Below, piece by piece: positions 37,797-48,150 of a DNA stretch of 64,000 nt. Source of the stretch: Candidatus Cloacimonadales bacterium. GTDB taxonomy: Bacteria > Cloacimonadota > Cloacimonadia > Cloacimonadales > JAIOQZ01. The notes beneath the pieces are model-generated. The model had not been told where the DNA came from and did not search any database. It saw only the letters and a program-made list of their open reading frames with translations. The stretch covers positions 1,024,001 through 1,088,000 of the forward strand of contig CAXXTU010000002.1 of the NCBI GenBank assembly GCA_963662655.2. The letters are read 5' to 3'. The first letter of the stretch is position 1. Each line of letters starts with the position of its first letter. A program made the translations under genes and the position numbers.

Positions 37797-38903
37797 TTAA
37801 TTGCTGAAATAGTCCTTGAGGCACCCAACCGTGTACCGGATCATCTCTTCCGTCAGTTCGGGAAACATCGGTAAGCTGAGTACCCTGTTCTGAAGACTGT
37901 ATGTCACCGGGAAATCTTCCGGTGTGTGGTTCAATCTTTCGTACGCTTTCAAGTACGGAATCCCGATCGGATAGTGGACGCCAGTAGCGATACCTTTTTC
38001 TTTCAGGTATTCCATTAAATTCTCTCGTCCGTCAACCTGGATCACATAAAGGTGATAAACCGGCTGGCAAAGAGGATGTACCTTGGGGGTCACGATCTGC
38101 GGGATTTCAGAAAGCAGTTCATCGTAAAGCCTGGCATTCTCCCTGCGCTTCGCGTTCCATGAATCGATATACTTAAGTTTCACGGAAAGGACAGCGGCTT
38201 GTATGCCGTCCAACCGGGAATTGTATCCTTCAAACTCGTGATCGTATTTGCTTGTTCTACCATGATTCGATATCTTAGTGCTGTGACTCGCAACGTAATC
38301 ATCGTTTGTGATGATTGCTCCCGCATCTCCGTATGCTCCGAGGTTTTTCCCGGGGTAGAAGCTGAATGTAGCTCCATCCCCAAAATTACCTATTTTCTTC
38401 CCGTCATAAAGCGCTCCGTGCGCCTGCGCAGAGTCTTCGATCACCTTAAGATTATACTTCTGTGCTATCGCAAGTATCGGGTTCATGTCGGCAGGTTGCC
38501 CATAGAGATGAACAGCGATGATTGCCTTCGTACGCGGTGTTATCTTCTCTTCGATCAGGGATGCATCGATATTGTAATAATCAGGATGTACGTCAACCAG
38601 AACGACGTCCGCTCCCACGGCAGCGACGGCCTCCGTTGTAGCTATAAATGTAAACGCCGGAGCGATAACCTCGTCTCCTTTTCCAATGCCGAGCGCTTTC
38701 AAGAGGAAAACGATCGCATCGGTTCCATTGCCAACACCGATACTGTACTTTGTTCCTATGTATCGAGCAAAATCCTGATTGAACTGATTCATTGCGAATC
38801 CGCCAATGAATGCCGTCTGATCGATAACGTCCTGGATCGCCCGATCCATTTCGTTCTTTATACTGTCGTACTGCGCTTTTAAATCTACAAAAGGAATGTT
38901 CAT
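37797..38903 (-). CDS. DegT/DnrJ/EryC1/StrS aminotransferase (WbpE-like)
   Basis: [28 protein letters not shown]. Confidence 0.93.
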   Translation of the reverse strand: MNIPFVDLKAQYDSIKNEMDRAIQDVIDQTAFIGGFAMNQFNQDFARYIGTKYSIGVGNGTDAIVFLLKALGIGKGDEVIAPAFTFIATTEAVAAVGADVVLVDVHPDYYNIDASLIEEKITPRTKAIIAVHLYGQPADMNPILAIAQKYNLKVIEDSAQAHGALYDGKKIGNFGDGATFSFYPGKNLGAYGDAGAIITNDDYVASHSTKISNHGRTSKYDHEFEGYNSRLDGIQAAVLSVKLKYIDSWNAKRRENARLYDELLSEIPQIVTPKVHPLCQPVYHLYVIQVDGRENLMEYLKEKGIATGVHYPIGIPYLKAYERLNHTPEDFPVTYSLQNRVLSLPMFPELTEEMIRYTVGCLKDYFSN

Positions 38904-38921
38904 ATTCTCCTCTGAATTCGG

Positions 38922-39389
38922 TTACTTCATTTGCTTTGCTGGATTTCCAATATAAACGCCAGGTTCCGTTATATCTTTCGTTACAACGGCTCCTGCTCCG
39001 ATGACGACATCGTCACAGATGTTCACCGGTAAAATGGTAGCGTTCGAACCGATCGAAACACGGTTGCCAATGTGTGTGGAGCGCCAGTAGTCTTTATCGC
39101 CACGAGCCGGGCCACCCTTGATGAAGGGATCGTTTATAAACATCACGCCGTGCGCGATGAAACAATCGTCACCGATTTGGACCAATTCACAAATAAACGT
39201 GTGGGACTGGATTTTAGACCGCTTACCGATTGTTACATCCTTCTGGATTTCAACAAAAGGTCCGATGAAACAATCATCGCCAATCTCACAGCCGTATAAG
39301 TTCGCCGGGGCGACAACGGTGACGTTCTCACCGAACTTCACATCCGACTTGATCTGGACCTCGTACAACCTGGCTGGTTTATTACTCAT
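38922..39389 (-). CDS. Sugar N-acetyltransferase (WbpD/FdtC-like)
   Basis: Hexapeptide repeats, HGVMFIND, GNPAK. Confidence 0.85.
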   Translation of the reverse strand: MSNKPARLYEVQIKSDVKFGENVTVVAPANLYGCEIGDDCFIGPFVEIQKDVTIGKRSKIQSHTFICELVQIGDDCFIAHGVMFINDPFIKGGPARGDKDYWRSTHIGNRVSIGSNATILPVNICDDVVIGAGAVVTKDITEPGVYIGNPAKQMK

Positions 39390-40467
39390 GGTGTCCATTC
39401 TTCCTGCCAAGACGGCATTTTTCAGGACGGAATCTCAGAAAAACTTCTCTGCCGGTCTCAATCGATTCGTATATGGCGTTGATCAACTCGAGCGATTTCC
39501 GCCCCTCGAGCCCATCCACGAGAGCTTGTTTGTCCTGCATGATCGAGTCGCAGACATTTTCCAGATACTTGTTGTGCCCATAGCCATAAACGTTTGGCGG
39601 AGCTTCCTTATACTCGGAAAGCACCTGCTCCGAATCGTTGACGCCATCGGCAAAGTTCCACAGGCTCATCTCGTTGACCGCGAAACCTCCGATTTCGACA
39701 GTTCCATGCTCACCCATGATTGTCAGCGACCCCTCGATATCCTTGGGGCGCGTTGCCGTCGTTGCTTCCACAACGCCAATCACACCGTTACGGAACTGAA
39801 TGATGGCAACGCCGGTATCTTCGGTTTCAATATTCACCAGCGCTGTCCGGCTCTTTGCAAAAACAGAAATGGGTTCGCCCAGCATCCATTCAAGCAGGTC
39901 TATATGGTGGGACGCCTGATTGGTGAACACACCGCCATCCATACTCCATGTACCCCGCCATGCGTCCTGATCGTAATAGGCCTGGGGGCGGCACCAGCGA
40001 ACGCGAACGGTACCCATGACAAGTTTCCCGAACCGCCCGGCTTCAAGCGCTTCCCGAAGCTTCATCACGGGGACATTGTATCGGTTCTGCTTCACGACAA
40101 ACAGCTTCACGCGGTGTGCGTCGCATACGCGTATCATCTCATCGGCATCTTCAAGTGTGAGGGCCATTGGTTTTTCAACCACGATATGCTTTTTGTACTT
40201 ACTTGCAATGTCGATCGTATGGCGAGCGTGGTTTCCGCTTTCGGTGAGGATATTGACAACATCGATATCTCCATGCTTCTCAAGCATTTCATCATAACTT
40301 GTATAGTACGGAACACCGAACTCTTTGCCAGCCTTTTCCGCTCGTTCCTTTTTCACATCACAAACTGCTACAAGCTCGGTTTTCTCAGACAAAAACCCGG
40401 TGAGGGTCTGTGCATGCTTCTTGAAAATTCTGCCGCAACCGACAATCCCAAACTTCAGTTTTTTCAT
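39382..40467 (-). CDS. Gfo/Idh/MocA oxidoreductase (WbpB/WlbA-like)
   Basis: GCGRI, EKPMA, QNRYN, GGVFTNQASH. Confidence 0.9.
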   Translation of the reverse strand: MKKLKFGIVGCGRIFKKHAQTLTGFLSEKTELVAVCDVKKERAEKAGKEFGVPYYTSYDEMLEKHGDIDVVNILTESGNHARHTIDIASKYKKHIVVEKPMALTLEDADEMIRVCDAHRVKLFVVKQNRYNVPVMKLREALEAGRFGKLVMGTVRVRWCRPQAYYDQDAWRGTWSMDGGVFTNQASHHIDLLEWMLGEPISVFAKSRTALVNIETEDTGVAIIQFRNGVIGVVEATTATRPKDIEGSLTIMGEHGTVEIGGFAVNEMSLWNFADGVNDSEQVLSEYKEAPPNVYGYGHNKYLENVCDSIMQDKQALVDGLEGRKSLELINAIYESIETGREVFLRFRPEKCRLGRKNGHHE

Positions 40468-40501
40468 TTGAAATCCCTTATGGTATTATTTTGTGAGTCA
40501 G

Positions 40502-42607
40502 TTACTCACTACGTATCCGATTTGTCAAAATATTATATATCGCCCAAAAGAAATACTTGATATCCGTAAGAATCGGGTGCGAACGCTTATCTTCGAGATA
40601 TATCTTCTCTGAAATCAGATAATCCTCAACCCTTTGCATCTTCAATGCAACGTACGGAGGAATGCAGCCCGGTTTGTATTTGAAGCGCTCCTCTCGCAAC
40701 TCTTCAGGATACTCCTTCAGGAAACGGTCGCTCAGTGGACGCACGCCGACAAGAGCGAGATCGCCCTTGAGCCAATTCAGAATTTGCGGGAGTTCATCGA
40801 GCCAAAGCTTGCGGATGATCTTCCCCCAATCGGTTACCCTAAAGTCGTCTTCGATCTTGCCTTTTTCCCCATATCCGTATCTCTCGACCATGTAATGCTG
40901 AAGGTATTCCGAGTATGGGTGCATCGTACGGAACTTGTACACGTATATGTTCTTCCCGTGTTTACCTCGTCGCCTCATGCGAAACAACGGGCCGTAGGAA
41001 GGATTGGTGTCTCTGCTTGGCTCAGTGACTTTTTTAACAATGTAGACCAGCGAGTTGCCGATCTCTTTCTCATCGATAATCTCGAATCCGCAGAACGTGA
41101 GCCTTCCAAGTATCTCACACTTTGACAGCGCTCGATTTTTCCCTTTCGTAATCGCGAAATAAATCCCCTGCAGGAAATAGATTTTGGGGAAAATGCGGTT
41201 CAGAATAAAGTCAGCAAGCACCAGGGGAATGGCAATGATTCTGGGGAATCTGCTTCTAATGATACGTCTGCGCTCCACGTTGGTCTTGCCAATTCCAATA
41301 AAAACCGCCCCTGCTTTTAGCTTTTTGTTCACTTGAATGAAATACTTGTTGAGGCGACGCATGTCATTGACTTTGTGTAAATTGAGAAGCAATTCCAGCG
41401 AATTGTCGTCTTCAACCTCGATGTTGTACAAGGTTGTTGTATTCAGAACCCGGCATAGACTTTTATGGAAATTTTCAAGTGCAACGATATCATTGATGAA
41501 TTCAAAAAGATTGGGGTAGTCATTCAAATACTTGTTCAACATTTTTATCAGCACAGATTCATCGAGTTTATCATCCGACGCAAATCCGGGATTGTACCTC
41601 ACGGGTTCCCAGCGGGAAACATGTGATTTTTCATAAACGATCTCCGCAGATTCCTCAAGCTCATCAGAGTCGGATATCAAGGAGGTTTTTGCGTAATCTG
41701 GATTCTCGCGATAGAATACCGTTGTGAAGAAATATGCCCACGCCAGAATGATTTCCAGAACCGTTGTAACGACCGTTGTCCCAAACACAATGAGCCGCGA
41801 AAAATGAAAGGCTTTGAAAGCAAACACAAGAATCGCGATTATTGAAATGATGATCAGGTTTGTTACAAGGATGATTGATAGGACAGAGGAGAACTTCTTC
41901 TTCTCGCGCAAGTAATACTTCTCACTGAAAAAAGAGAAAAACACCCAAATAACGGCAGCGAGCACCATCGGCTTCCAGTACATTGGGATAACCATCCGTT
42001 GCATTGCATTCTTGAACCAGGCAACGAAGAAAAAGGAAAACACAAAAATGATCAGATCGAAGACGATGATTTCAATCAACTCGTAAGTGATTTTAGGAGC
42101 CTTCTCTTGTTTCAGCTTTTTTAGGCCTTCCGTGGTGTGTACGTCGATCTCTTCAGAAAAATCATCCGCCTCCTCGATCTCGACTGCTTCAAATGCATTC
42201 TTTTTCCCGCTGATAAACCAGTAAATTCCATAAATGAGAAACTCGACAACGAATGTTGCAACCGTTGTTCCGATTATGATCATTCGAGACAACTCGATTT
42301 TGGCAGCTACCACAAAAACAGACACGATCGCCATCATGAAGAAATCATTAAAGAAAAGTATGGAGATTATCTTTCTGAACGAGTTCTTTGAATGAATCTT
42401 GTATTTCCCGCCCAACGCCGAAGCAACAACCCAAAAGGAAGCGAAAAGCAACATCGGACGCCAGTAAACAGGAATTACATAGTGGCGTGTTGCTGGTTTG
42501 ATCCATGCGACAAGCAGGAACATGGCAAGCACGACAATCAGGTTGATGAAGCAAGCGAGCACTATATTGATTCTACGTTTCAAAACGCCAATCTCCTGTA
42601 AGATCAT
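40502..42607 (-). CDS. Polyprenyl-phosphate sugar transferase with a duplicated N-terminal membrane module
   Basis: C-terminal YKFRTM, RVT.WGKIIRKLWLDELPQ, LVGVRP, KPG. Confidence 0.85.
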   Translation of the reverse strand: MILQEIGVLKRRINIVLACFINLIVVLAMFLLVAWIKPATRHYVIPVYWRPMLLFASFWVVASALGGKYKIHSKNSFRKIISILFFNDFFMMAIVSVFVVAAKIELSRMIIIGTTVATFVVEFLIYGIYWFISGKKNAFEAVEIEEADDFSEEIDVHTTEGLKKLKQEKAPKITYELIEIIVFDLIIFVFSFFFVAWFKNAMQRMVIPMYWKPMVLAAVIWVFFSFFSEKYYLREKKKFSSVLSIILVTNLIIISIIAILVFAFKAFHFSRLIVFGTTVVTTVLEIILAWAYFFTTVFYRENPDYAKTSLISDSDELEESAEIVYEKSHVSRWEPVRYNPGFASDDKLDESVLIKMLNKYLNDYPNLFEFINDIVALENFHKSLCRVLNTTTLYNIEVEDDNSLELLLNLHKVNDMRRLNKYFIQVNKKLKAGAVFIGIGKTNVERRRIIRSRFPRIIAIPLVLADFILNRIFPKIYFLQGIYFAITKGKNRALSKCEILGRLTFCGFEIIDEKEIGNSLVYIVKKVTEPSRDTNPSYGPLFRMRRRGKHGKNIYVYKFRTMHPYSEYLQHYMVERYGYGEKGKIEDDFRVTDWGKIIRKLWLDELPQILNWLKGDLALVGVRPLSDRFLKEYPEELREERFKYKPGCIPPYVALKMQRVEDYLISEKIYLEDKRSHPILTDIKYFFWAIYNILTNRIRSE

Positions 42608-43454
42608 TGGACAAGAGATATGCTAACAAGCTCTCCTGCCAATGCGGCATGATATCACAACTTTCTTGTTGCAATACCGAATTTATTAAAACCGAGTATA
42701 GCGGTTTCCGTAAGTTTTGGTTGAATTCCGCTGACGATATCTCGTCTACTTTCACCGAAATCCCTAACTGGTGATAGAGAAACTTCCCGAAATCAAGCCA
42801 ACTGCATTCCCCATTGCTGGAGGCGTGAATGATACCCGCCAATCTTCTATCGAGAATAACACAGATTTGCTTTGCCAAATCCTTCGCATAAGTCGGCGAG
42901 GCAACCTCGTCGGAAACAAGCTGTAAGCGATCTCGGGATTTCCCAAGGCGAATCAGTTTATCGACGATGTTGTCGCTTCCGATTTTACTTGCGCCGTACA
43001 ATCCAGCCGTCCTGACGATGGCGTACTCACCGGCATATTGCCGGACAAGCATTTCGCCAAGCAGTTTCGACATGCCGTAAACGTTTACAGGATTGGGGAC
43101 ATCCGTCTCGTAATACGGCGAGCCTTTCAAGCCGTCAAAAACATAATCCGTACTCACGTGGCAAAGAAATATATCGCGCTCTTTGCATATCCCCGCGATT
43201 CTCTTCATGGCAACGCCATTGATCTGAACCGCGGCGTCAGCATCGATTTCGGCCTGAGGCACATTTGTATATGCTGCGCAGTTTACCACCGCCTCAAAGT
43301 TTCCATCGCGCAGAATGTCGATTAACATATCAGGCTCACGCAAGTTGAAATCAGGCATATCCAGCGCAACAAAATCCCGACCCAGATTCTCCATTTCAAT
43401 CTGGAGTGCCGTTCCCAACTGCCCATTGGCCCCGAGAATGACGATTCTATTCAT
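42573..43454 (-). CDS. rfbD: dTDP-4-dehydrorhamnose reductase
   Basis: Start set to ATG 43454; GANGQLG, AAYT, STDYVFDG, YGMSK. Confidence 0.93.
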   Translation of the reverse strand: MNRIVILGANGQLGTALQIEMENLGRDFVALDMPDFNLREPDMLIDILRDGNFEAVVNCAAYTNVPQAEIDADAAVQINGVAMKRIAGICKERDIFLCHVSTDYVFDGLKGSPYYETDVPNPVNVYGMSKLLGEMLVRQYAGEYAIVRTAGLYGASKIGSDNIVDKLIRLGKSRDRLQLVSDEVASPTYAKDLAKQICVILDRRLAGIIHASSNGECSWLDFGKFLYHQLGISVKVDEISSAEFNQNLRKPLYSVLINSVLQQESCDIMPHWQESLLAYLLSNDLTGDWRFET

Positions 43455-44004
43455 TGTTGTAAACGAAACCCATCTCCGCATCCTTGAACTGCGGCAACAC
43501 GATATCTTTTTCCGATACGATTGGATCTTCGACACCCCAATCGATGCCCAGAGCCGGATCGTCAAAACGAATTCCCCGCTCATGAGACTTTGAATAGAAG
43601 GCCGTACATTTATAGAGGATCACTGCCTGCTCCGAGAGAACCGAGAACCCATGCGCGAATCCTGGAGGAATCCATATCTGTGTATGGCTTTCAGCGGTGA
43701 TGTCGATCGAGAAATGCTTTCCGAAAGTGGGTGATCCCTTACGGATATCCAACGCGATATCGCGAATGGCGCCTTCAAGAACCCGCAGTAGCTTTCCCTG
43801 CGTGAACGGTTGGGCCTGGTAGTGCAATCCCCTGATGGTGTTCTTCATTGATTTCGACTGATTATCCTGAATAAACTCATATTCAATGCCGAACGCGTTA
43901 AACTTCTCCTTGTGATACACTTCGAAGAAGTATCCGCGCGCATCGTTGAACACGTCAGGCTGGATAATCAATACATCGTCGATATATGCTTTCTCTGCTT
44001 TCAT
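43447..44004 (-). CDS. rfbC: dTDP-4-dehydrorhamnose 3,5-epimerase
   Basis: Start set to ATG 44004; DARGYF, QDNQS, RGLHYQ, GFAHGF. Confidence 0.94.
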   Translation of the reverse strand: MKAEKAYIDDVLIIQPDVFNDARGYFFEVYHKEKFNAFGIEYEFIQDNQSKSMKNTIRGLHYQAQPFTQGKLLRVLEGAIRDIALDIRKGSPTFGKHFSIDITAESHTQIWIPPGFAHGFSVLSEQAVILYKCTAFYSKSHERGIRFDDPALGIDWGVEDPIVSEKDIVLPQFKDAEMGFVYNNE

Positions 44005-44096
44005 AAATATTCCCGGCAAATCTATTAGGCAGGCATCGTAAATTGCCAATCTCTATTTTTTTCATACCGTTCACTTTTGTCTATAAAAAAACGATT

Positions 44097-44786
44097 TCAA
44101 GCGGGAGCGCTCAGGTGATTCAATGCCTTGCTGTAGTCTTCCGGTATTCCAATATCGATAAATAGGCCATCGTACTGAAACATCTTCATGAAATATTTTT
44201 CTGCGTTGCGATCGAGGAAGTCGTTCTCGAAGGAGAACTTCTTCCGATTTCCTAAAGGCAAATCGCGCTTGAGAACGTAAACACCCGCGTTGATGTATCC
44301 GCTACAGCCGGCTTGTTTTTCCCGGAATGACACAACGCGTTTGTCGTCGTCCACTTCGAGGATTCCGTATCGGCTGCAATCGTCCATCCATTTCCCGGCG
44401 ATGGTGACATCCGAATCTCCCACAACATGCTGCCGCATCATGGATTGAAAGGGGATTTCCACCATCGTATCGCCGTTGAGAACAACAACATTTTCTTGTA
44501 TGCAGAATTGGAGCGCGTTGCAGATCGCTCCACCAGTCCCCAGCGGTTCGGTTTCGATCGCGTACGAAAGGTTCATCCTGTAGCGCTCATCTCCGAAGAA
44601 CTCCCGGATCGTCTCCCATCGATAGCCGACAGCAAGCACAACATGCTTGAACCCACTTTTTGCAAGCGACTCAAGCATCCAGTCCAGAAATGGACGACCA
44701 TTGACATCGACCATCGGCTTGGGGAGATCGCCCGTGATCTCTTTCAGGCGAGTTCCCATGCCTCCGCAGAGGATAACGGCTTCCAT
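44097..44786 (-). CDS. hddC: D-glycero-alpha-D-manno-heptose 1-phosphate guanylyltransferase-like
   Basis: GGMGTRL, PKPM, LGTGG, NGDT, DIGIPEDY; adjacent to gmhA and hddA. Confidence 0.8.
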   Translation of the reverse strand: MEAVILCGGMGTRLKEITGDLPKPMVDVNGRPFLDWMLESLAKSGFKHVVLAVGYRWETIREFFGDERYRMNLSYAIETEPLGTGGAICNALQFCIQENVVVLNGDTMVEIPFQSMMRQHVVGDSDVTIAGKWMDDCSRYGILEVDDDKRVVSFREKQAGCSGYINAGVYVLKRDLPLGNRKKFSFENDFLDRNAEKYFMKMFQYDGLFIDIGIPEDYSKALNHLSAPA

Positions 44787-44789
44787 CGT

Positions 44790-45371
44790 TTATTCTTTCG
44801 GGAAGATAACGGCCTCGATGAGTTCGCACAGAATATGACCGATGAGGATGTGCGCTTCCTGGATCCGCGGCGTGCAGTCGGAAGGCACAATAAGATTGAC
44901 GGTGCACATCTGTTTCATCTCTCCCCCACCTTTGCCGGTCATGCCGATCGTGGTCATGCCGATCTCATGCGCCTTCTCGATCGCGCGCATCACATTGGGA
45001 GAATTACCGGAAGTGGAAAGCCCCACCAGCACGTCGCCTATGCGACCCTTCGCCTGGGTCAATCGTGCAAAAATCTCGTCGTACGAGTAGTCGTTTGCGA
45101 CGGCAGTCAGATAGGATGTATTGACGTGAAGCGCTTCACCGTCGAGCGGCGGCCTGTCGTAATAGAAGCGCCCGGAGAGTTCCGCGGCCAGGTGCTGGGC
45201 GTCTGCAGCGCTTCCGCCGTTTCCGCAGAAGAGAACGCGCCCCCCGTTTTTCAGGCTTTCGATACAAAGCTCTGACGCCTTTTCAATCGCTTGGCAAAGC
45301 TCTGCGTCCTCGAATATTCTTCGTTTTACTTCAATCGATTCATAGATCGCTTGGGTAATCTTTTTTTCCAT
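44790..45371 (-). CDS. gmhA: Phosphoheptose isomerase
   Basis: CGNGGSAADAQH, ANDY, STSGNS, RIQEAH. Confidence 0.95.
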   Translation of the reverse strand: MEKKITQAIYESIEVKRRIFEDAELCQAIEKASELCIESLKNGGRVLFCGNGGSAADAQHLAAELSGRFYYDRPPLDGEALHVNTSYLTAVANDYSYDEIFARLTQAKGRIGDVLVGLSTSGNSPNVMRAIEKAHEIGMTTIGMTGKGGGEMKQMCTVNLIVPSDCTPRIQEAHILIGHILCELIEAVIFPKE

Positions 45372-45385
45372 GATATCCTCAATTT

Positions 45386-46372
45386 CTATGGTTCGTAGGC
45401 GATGATACGGCTTCCGCCCGTCTCGAATTTGACCGGCACGTAGAGTAGCCGGTCAAGCGCTTTCTTTACGGCATCCTGCCTGGATGGCTCGACGATAAAC
45501 ATCATGAATCCGCCGCCACCGGCTCCGATCAGCTTTCCGCCCGTTGCGCCAGCTTCAAGCGCTTTCCGGTAAAATTCGTCAATCGCGGGATTCGTTATCC
45601 GGTCCGTTAGAGAGCGTTTGATTTCCCAGGCTTGATGAAGCAGCTTTCCGAAAGCCTCCAGAGGCGTTCTCTCATCGATGAGAATCTCCAGCGCTTCGTC
45701 GACCATCTCCCGCATACGGTGCAGCTCGTTTTCCTTCTTCGGGGTGTTCTCGATCTGCTTTTCGGCAATCTCGGACGCCTGCCGGGAAAATCCCGTGAAG
45801 AAAAACATGATGCGGTCCTGCAATTCGAGCCGCCGCTTTTCGGGAAGAATAACGGGCTCAACCTCGAAATCGCCGTCCTGCTTGAACCGTACAAGGTTCA
45901 AGCCGCCGTGTGCGGCCGCGATTTGATCCTGCGAGCCGACATTTTCACCGATCAGGTTCTGTTCGACGTGGATCGCCTCCCGCGAAAGCTGCCGCTTGCT
46001 CACCATCTTCCCCTGCAACGCGTAGATCGATTGCAGGAGCCCCACGGTAAACGCGGAACTGGAGCCGAGACCGGATCTGGCGGGTAAATCCCCGTCGTGG
46101 TGAATCTCGAGTCCGCGATCGATCTCCATAAAGCGCATCACTTCGCGTACGGCGGGATGCTCGATCTGGTCGATCTCCAGCACGTTTTCCATACGTGAAT
46201 AGACGATACGATGCTTGTGCGGGAAGAAGGGCGGAAGGTACCGGCATGTGATGTAGCAATATTTATCAATCGTGGTGGAAAGCACTGCGCCACCGTGCTT
46301 CCCGTACCATACGGGATAGTCGGTGCCGCCACCGAAGAAAGATATCCTGAACGGCGTTCTGCTAATTATCAT
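45386..46372 (-). CDS. hddA: D-glycero-alpha-D-manno-heptose 7-phosphate kinase (GHMP)
   Basis: RISFFGGGTD, SGLGSSS, GSQDQ, GAGGGGF. Confidence 0.88.
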   Translation of the reverse strand: MIISRTPFRISFFGGGTDYPVWYGKHGGAVLSTTIDKYCYITCRYLPPFFPHKHRIVYSRMENVLEIDQIEHPAVREVMRFMEIDRGLEIHHDGDLPARSGLGSSSAFTVGLLQSIYALQGKMVSKRQLSREAIHVEQNLIGENVGSQDQIAAAHGGLNLVRFKQDGDFEVEPVILPEKRRLELQDRIMFFFTGFSRQASEIAEKQIENTPKKENELHRMREMVDEALEILIDERTPLEAFGKLLHQAWEIKRSLTDRITNPAIDEFYRKALEAGATGGKLIGAGGGGFMMFIVEPSRQDAVKKALDRLLYVPVKFETGGSRIIAYEP

Positions 46373-46488
46373 GCTAATCCTTTCATCGTATTTTCATTTC
46401 GGATAAGGATGCAATACAAAAGAAATATGTCAACGAAAAAGCAAGTTTCTTTTGACAAGTACAGACCTGTTTCGATAATCCTTCATCG

Positions 46489-48150
46489 ATGGAAAAGAAT
46501 AACAGCAATACACGTTGGCTCTTTTTTGTAGAGCGCGAATTTCATATCGGCCTCTTTGCCGGATTGATCCACCATATCCATGAAAATCAATGGGGCCGGA
46601 TTGGCATTTACTCCTTTGGATACCAGCCGAGCAAGAGCGGCCACCGGGGCCGGGGAGCAAGGCCGGAGGCGATCCGGCAGACAATCGACGTTCCCTTCGA
46701 AGTCGTCAACAATCCTTATGCGTTCAATCCCGAATACACATTCCTTGCCGATTCCGGCTACGAATGGGTCGAGGGGGCGGGGAAGCTGATCAACATTGGT
46801 CATGGGACCATCTGCAAGGGCAGCTTCTATACGCGCAAACCCATCAGCAGGCGCGAGAATTGCGCCGATCTGCTGTGCGTACCGGGATCGATTCACCGTA
46901 GCGAGCTGTTTCACCAGGTGTATCAACCGATTTCCGTAACCGGAATGCCCAAGCTCGATCCTATGTTCAACGGCTCGTTGAAGCGTGAAGAATTGCTTTC
47001 CGGCTGGGGTCTCGATCCGGAGAAGAAAACCGTTCTTTTCGCGCCGACATTCAACCATGAATACAGCCTGATTCCACACCTGCAAATCGAGCTGGAGAAC
47101 TATTTCCCCGCGGAGTACAATCTGCTTTTCAAGCTGCACTCCATCACGCCCGAGGAATGGCGCGAACCTTTCATCCGCTATGCGGACAAGCATCCTCACG
47201 CCGTGTTCATCGATCAGGCGGACATCACACCGGCGCTCGCTGCCGCCGATCTCCTGATCACCGACATCTCATCGGTGATCTACGAATTCGGCGCAACCGG
47301 GAAGCCGGTGCTGCTTTTCGACAGCCCGGACTACAAAACCAAATTCGATGAGAACGATCTGGAGCATCGCTTCCGGGACATCGGAACGCGGTTCACCGAT
47401 CCCGGGAGTTTGTTCGGCCTGATTCAATCGACGATAATCCGAAACGATTCCACAGAAACCAGGGATATCGCGCGGAAATTCGTGAGTGTAACGGACGGAA
47501 GCGCCACGCAACGCGTCTTTCAATCCATCGCGAGTCTAAACGATCGTAAGCAGGCGACCATCGTGATCGGGAACGCCCGGGCCGAAGAGGTTGAATTCTA
47601 TCAGAAGCGTTACGGAAACCGTTTTGATCTGATCTTCACAGCTCCCTATTTCACATCACAACATGAAAAGGCGCACATGATCGCGCTGCCCGATTATCAG
47701 GAAAGATTCGGGATCGCACAATCGCTTCAAGCAGTGCAATCCAAACTGGCGACAGAGCTTGTCATATACCTGGATTCGGAGTGGAACGCGTCCAGTCTGC
47801 TGCCATTGATGCTGTGCGGACAGTTTCACTTCAATAAGGATGTTGATGTTTTTGTCCCGATGGTATCCAATCAAGTCGAATCCCCGGAACAAAAAATCGG
47901 TACTCATTTCGCGCAGACATACCGGCTGCCGGACGAGCGGATCAACGGACCTCTGACCTATTACAAGCCCGGTTTCAGCGCGAAAATCGAAGAGGGACTT
48001 CCTTTCTGCTTCATCACACGGAAAGAAAATCTCGGGAACTTATCAAAATACAATCGAATTGAGAACGGCGAGATACTGCGTTCACTGGGGCCGAATCACC
48101 ACGTAGCGTTCGACGCGTTTGTCTGGAAAAAGGACAGGCTTCTCTCATGA
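46489..48150 (+). CDS. CDP-glycerol glycerophosphotransferase (TagB/F-like) family protein with a degenerate GT2-like C-terminus
   Basis: IGHG, TGMPKLD, LFAPTF, KLH, LITDISSVIYEF. Confidence 0.78.
   Translation: MEKNNSNTRWLFFVEREFHIGLFAGLIHHIHENQWGRIGIYSFGYQPSKSGHRGRGARPEAIRQTIDVPFEVVNNPYAFNPEYTFLADSGYEWVEGAGKLINIGHGTICKGSFYTRKPISRRENCADLLCVPGSIHRSELFHQVYQPISVTGMPKLDPMFNGSLKREELLSGWGLDPEKKTVLFAPTFNHEYSLIPHLQIELENYFPAEYNLLFKLHSITPEEWREPFIRYADKHPHAVFIDQADITPALAAADLLITDISSVIYEFGATGKPVLLFDSPDYKTKFDENDLEHRFRDIGTRFTDPGSLFGLIQSTIIRNDSTETRDIARKFVSVTDGSATQRVFQSIASLNDRKQATIVIGNARAEEVEFYQKRYGNRFDLIFTAPYFTSQHEKAHMIALPDYQERFGIAQSLQAVQSKLATELVIYLDSEWNASSLLPLMLCGQFHFNKDVDVFVPMVSNQVESPEQKIGTHFAQTYRLPDERINGPLTYYKPGFSAKIEEGLPFCFITRKENLGNLSKYNRIENGEILRSLGPNHHVAFDAFVWKKDRLLS

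Noticed and set aside
39118..40560. Long + strand ORF (480 aa) and similar shadow ORFs (5669-6703, 19326-20243, 30049-31050, 60356-61345)
   Set aside because: Antisense to well-supported genes with no recognisable motifs
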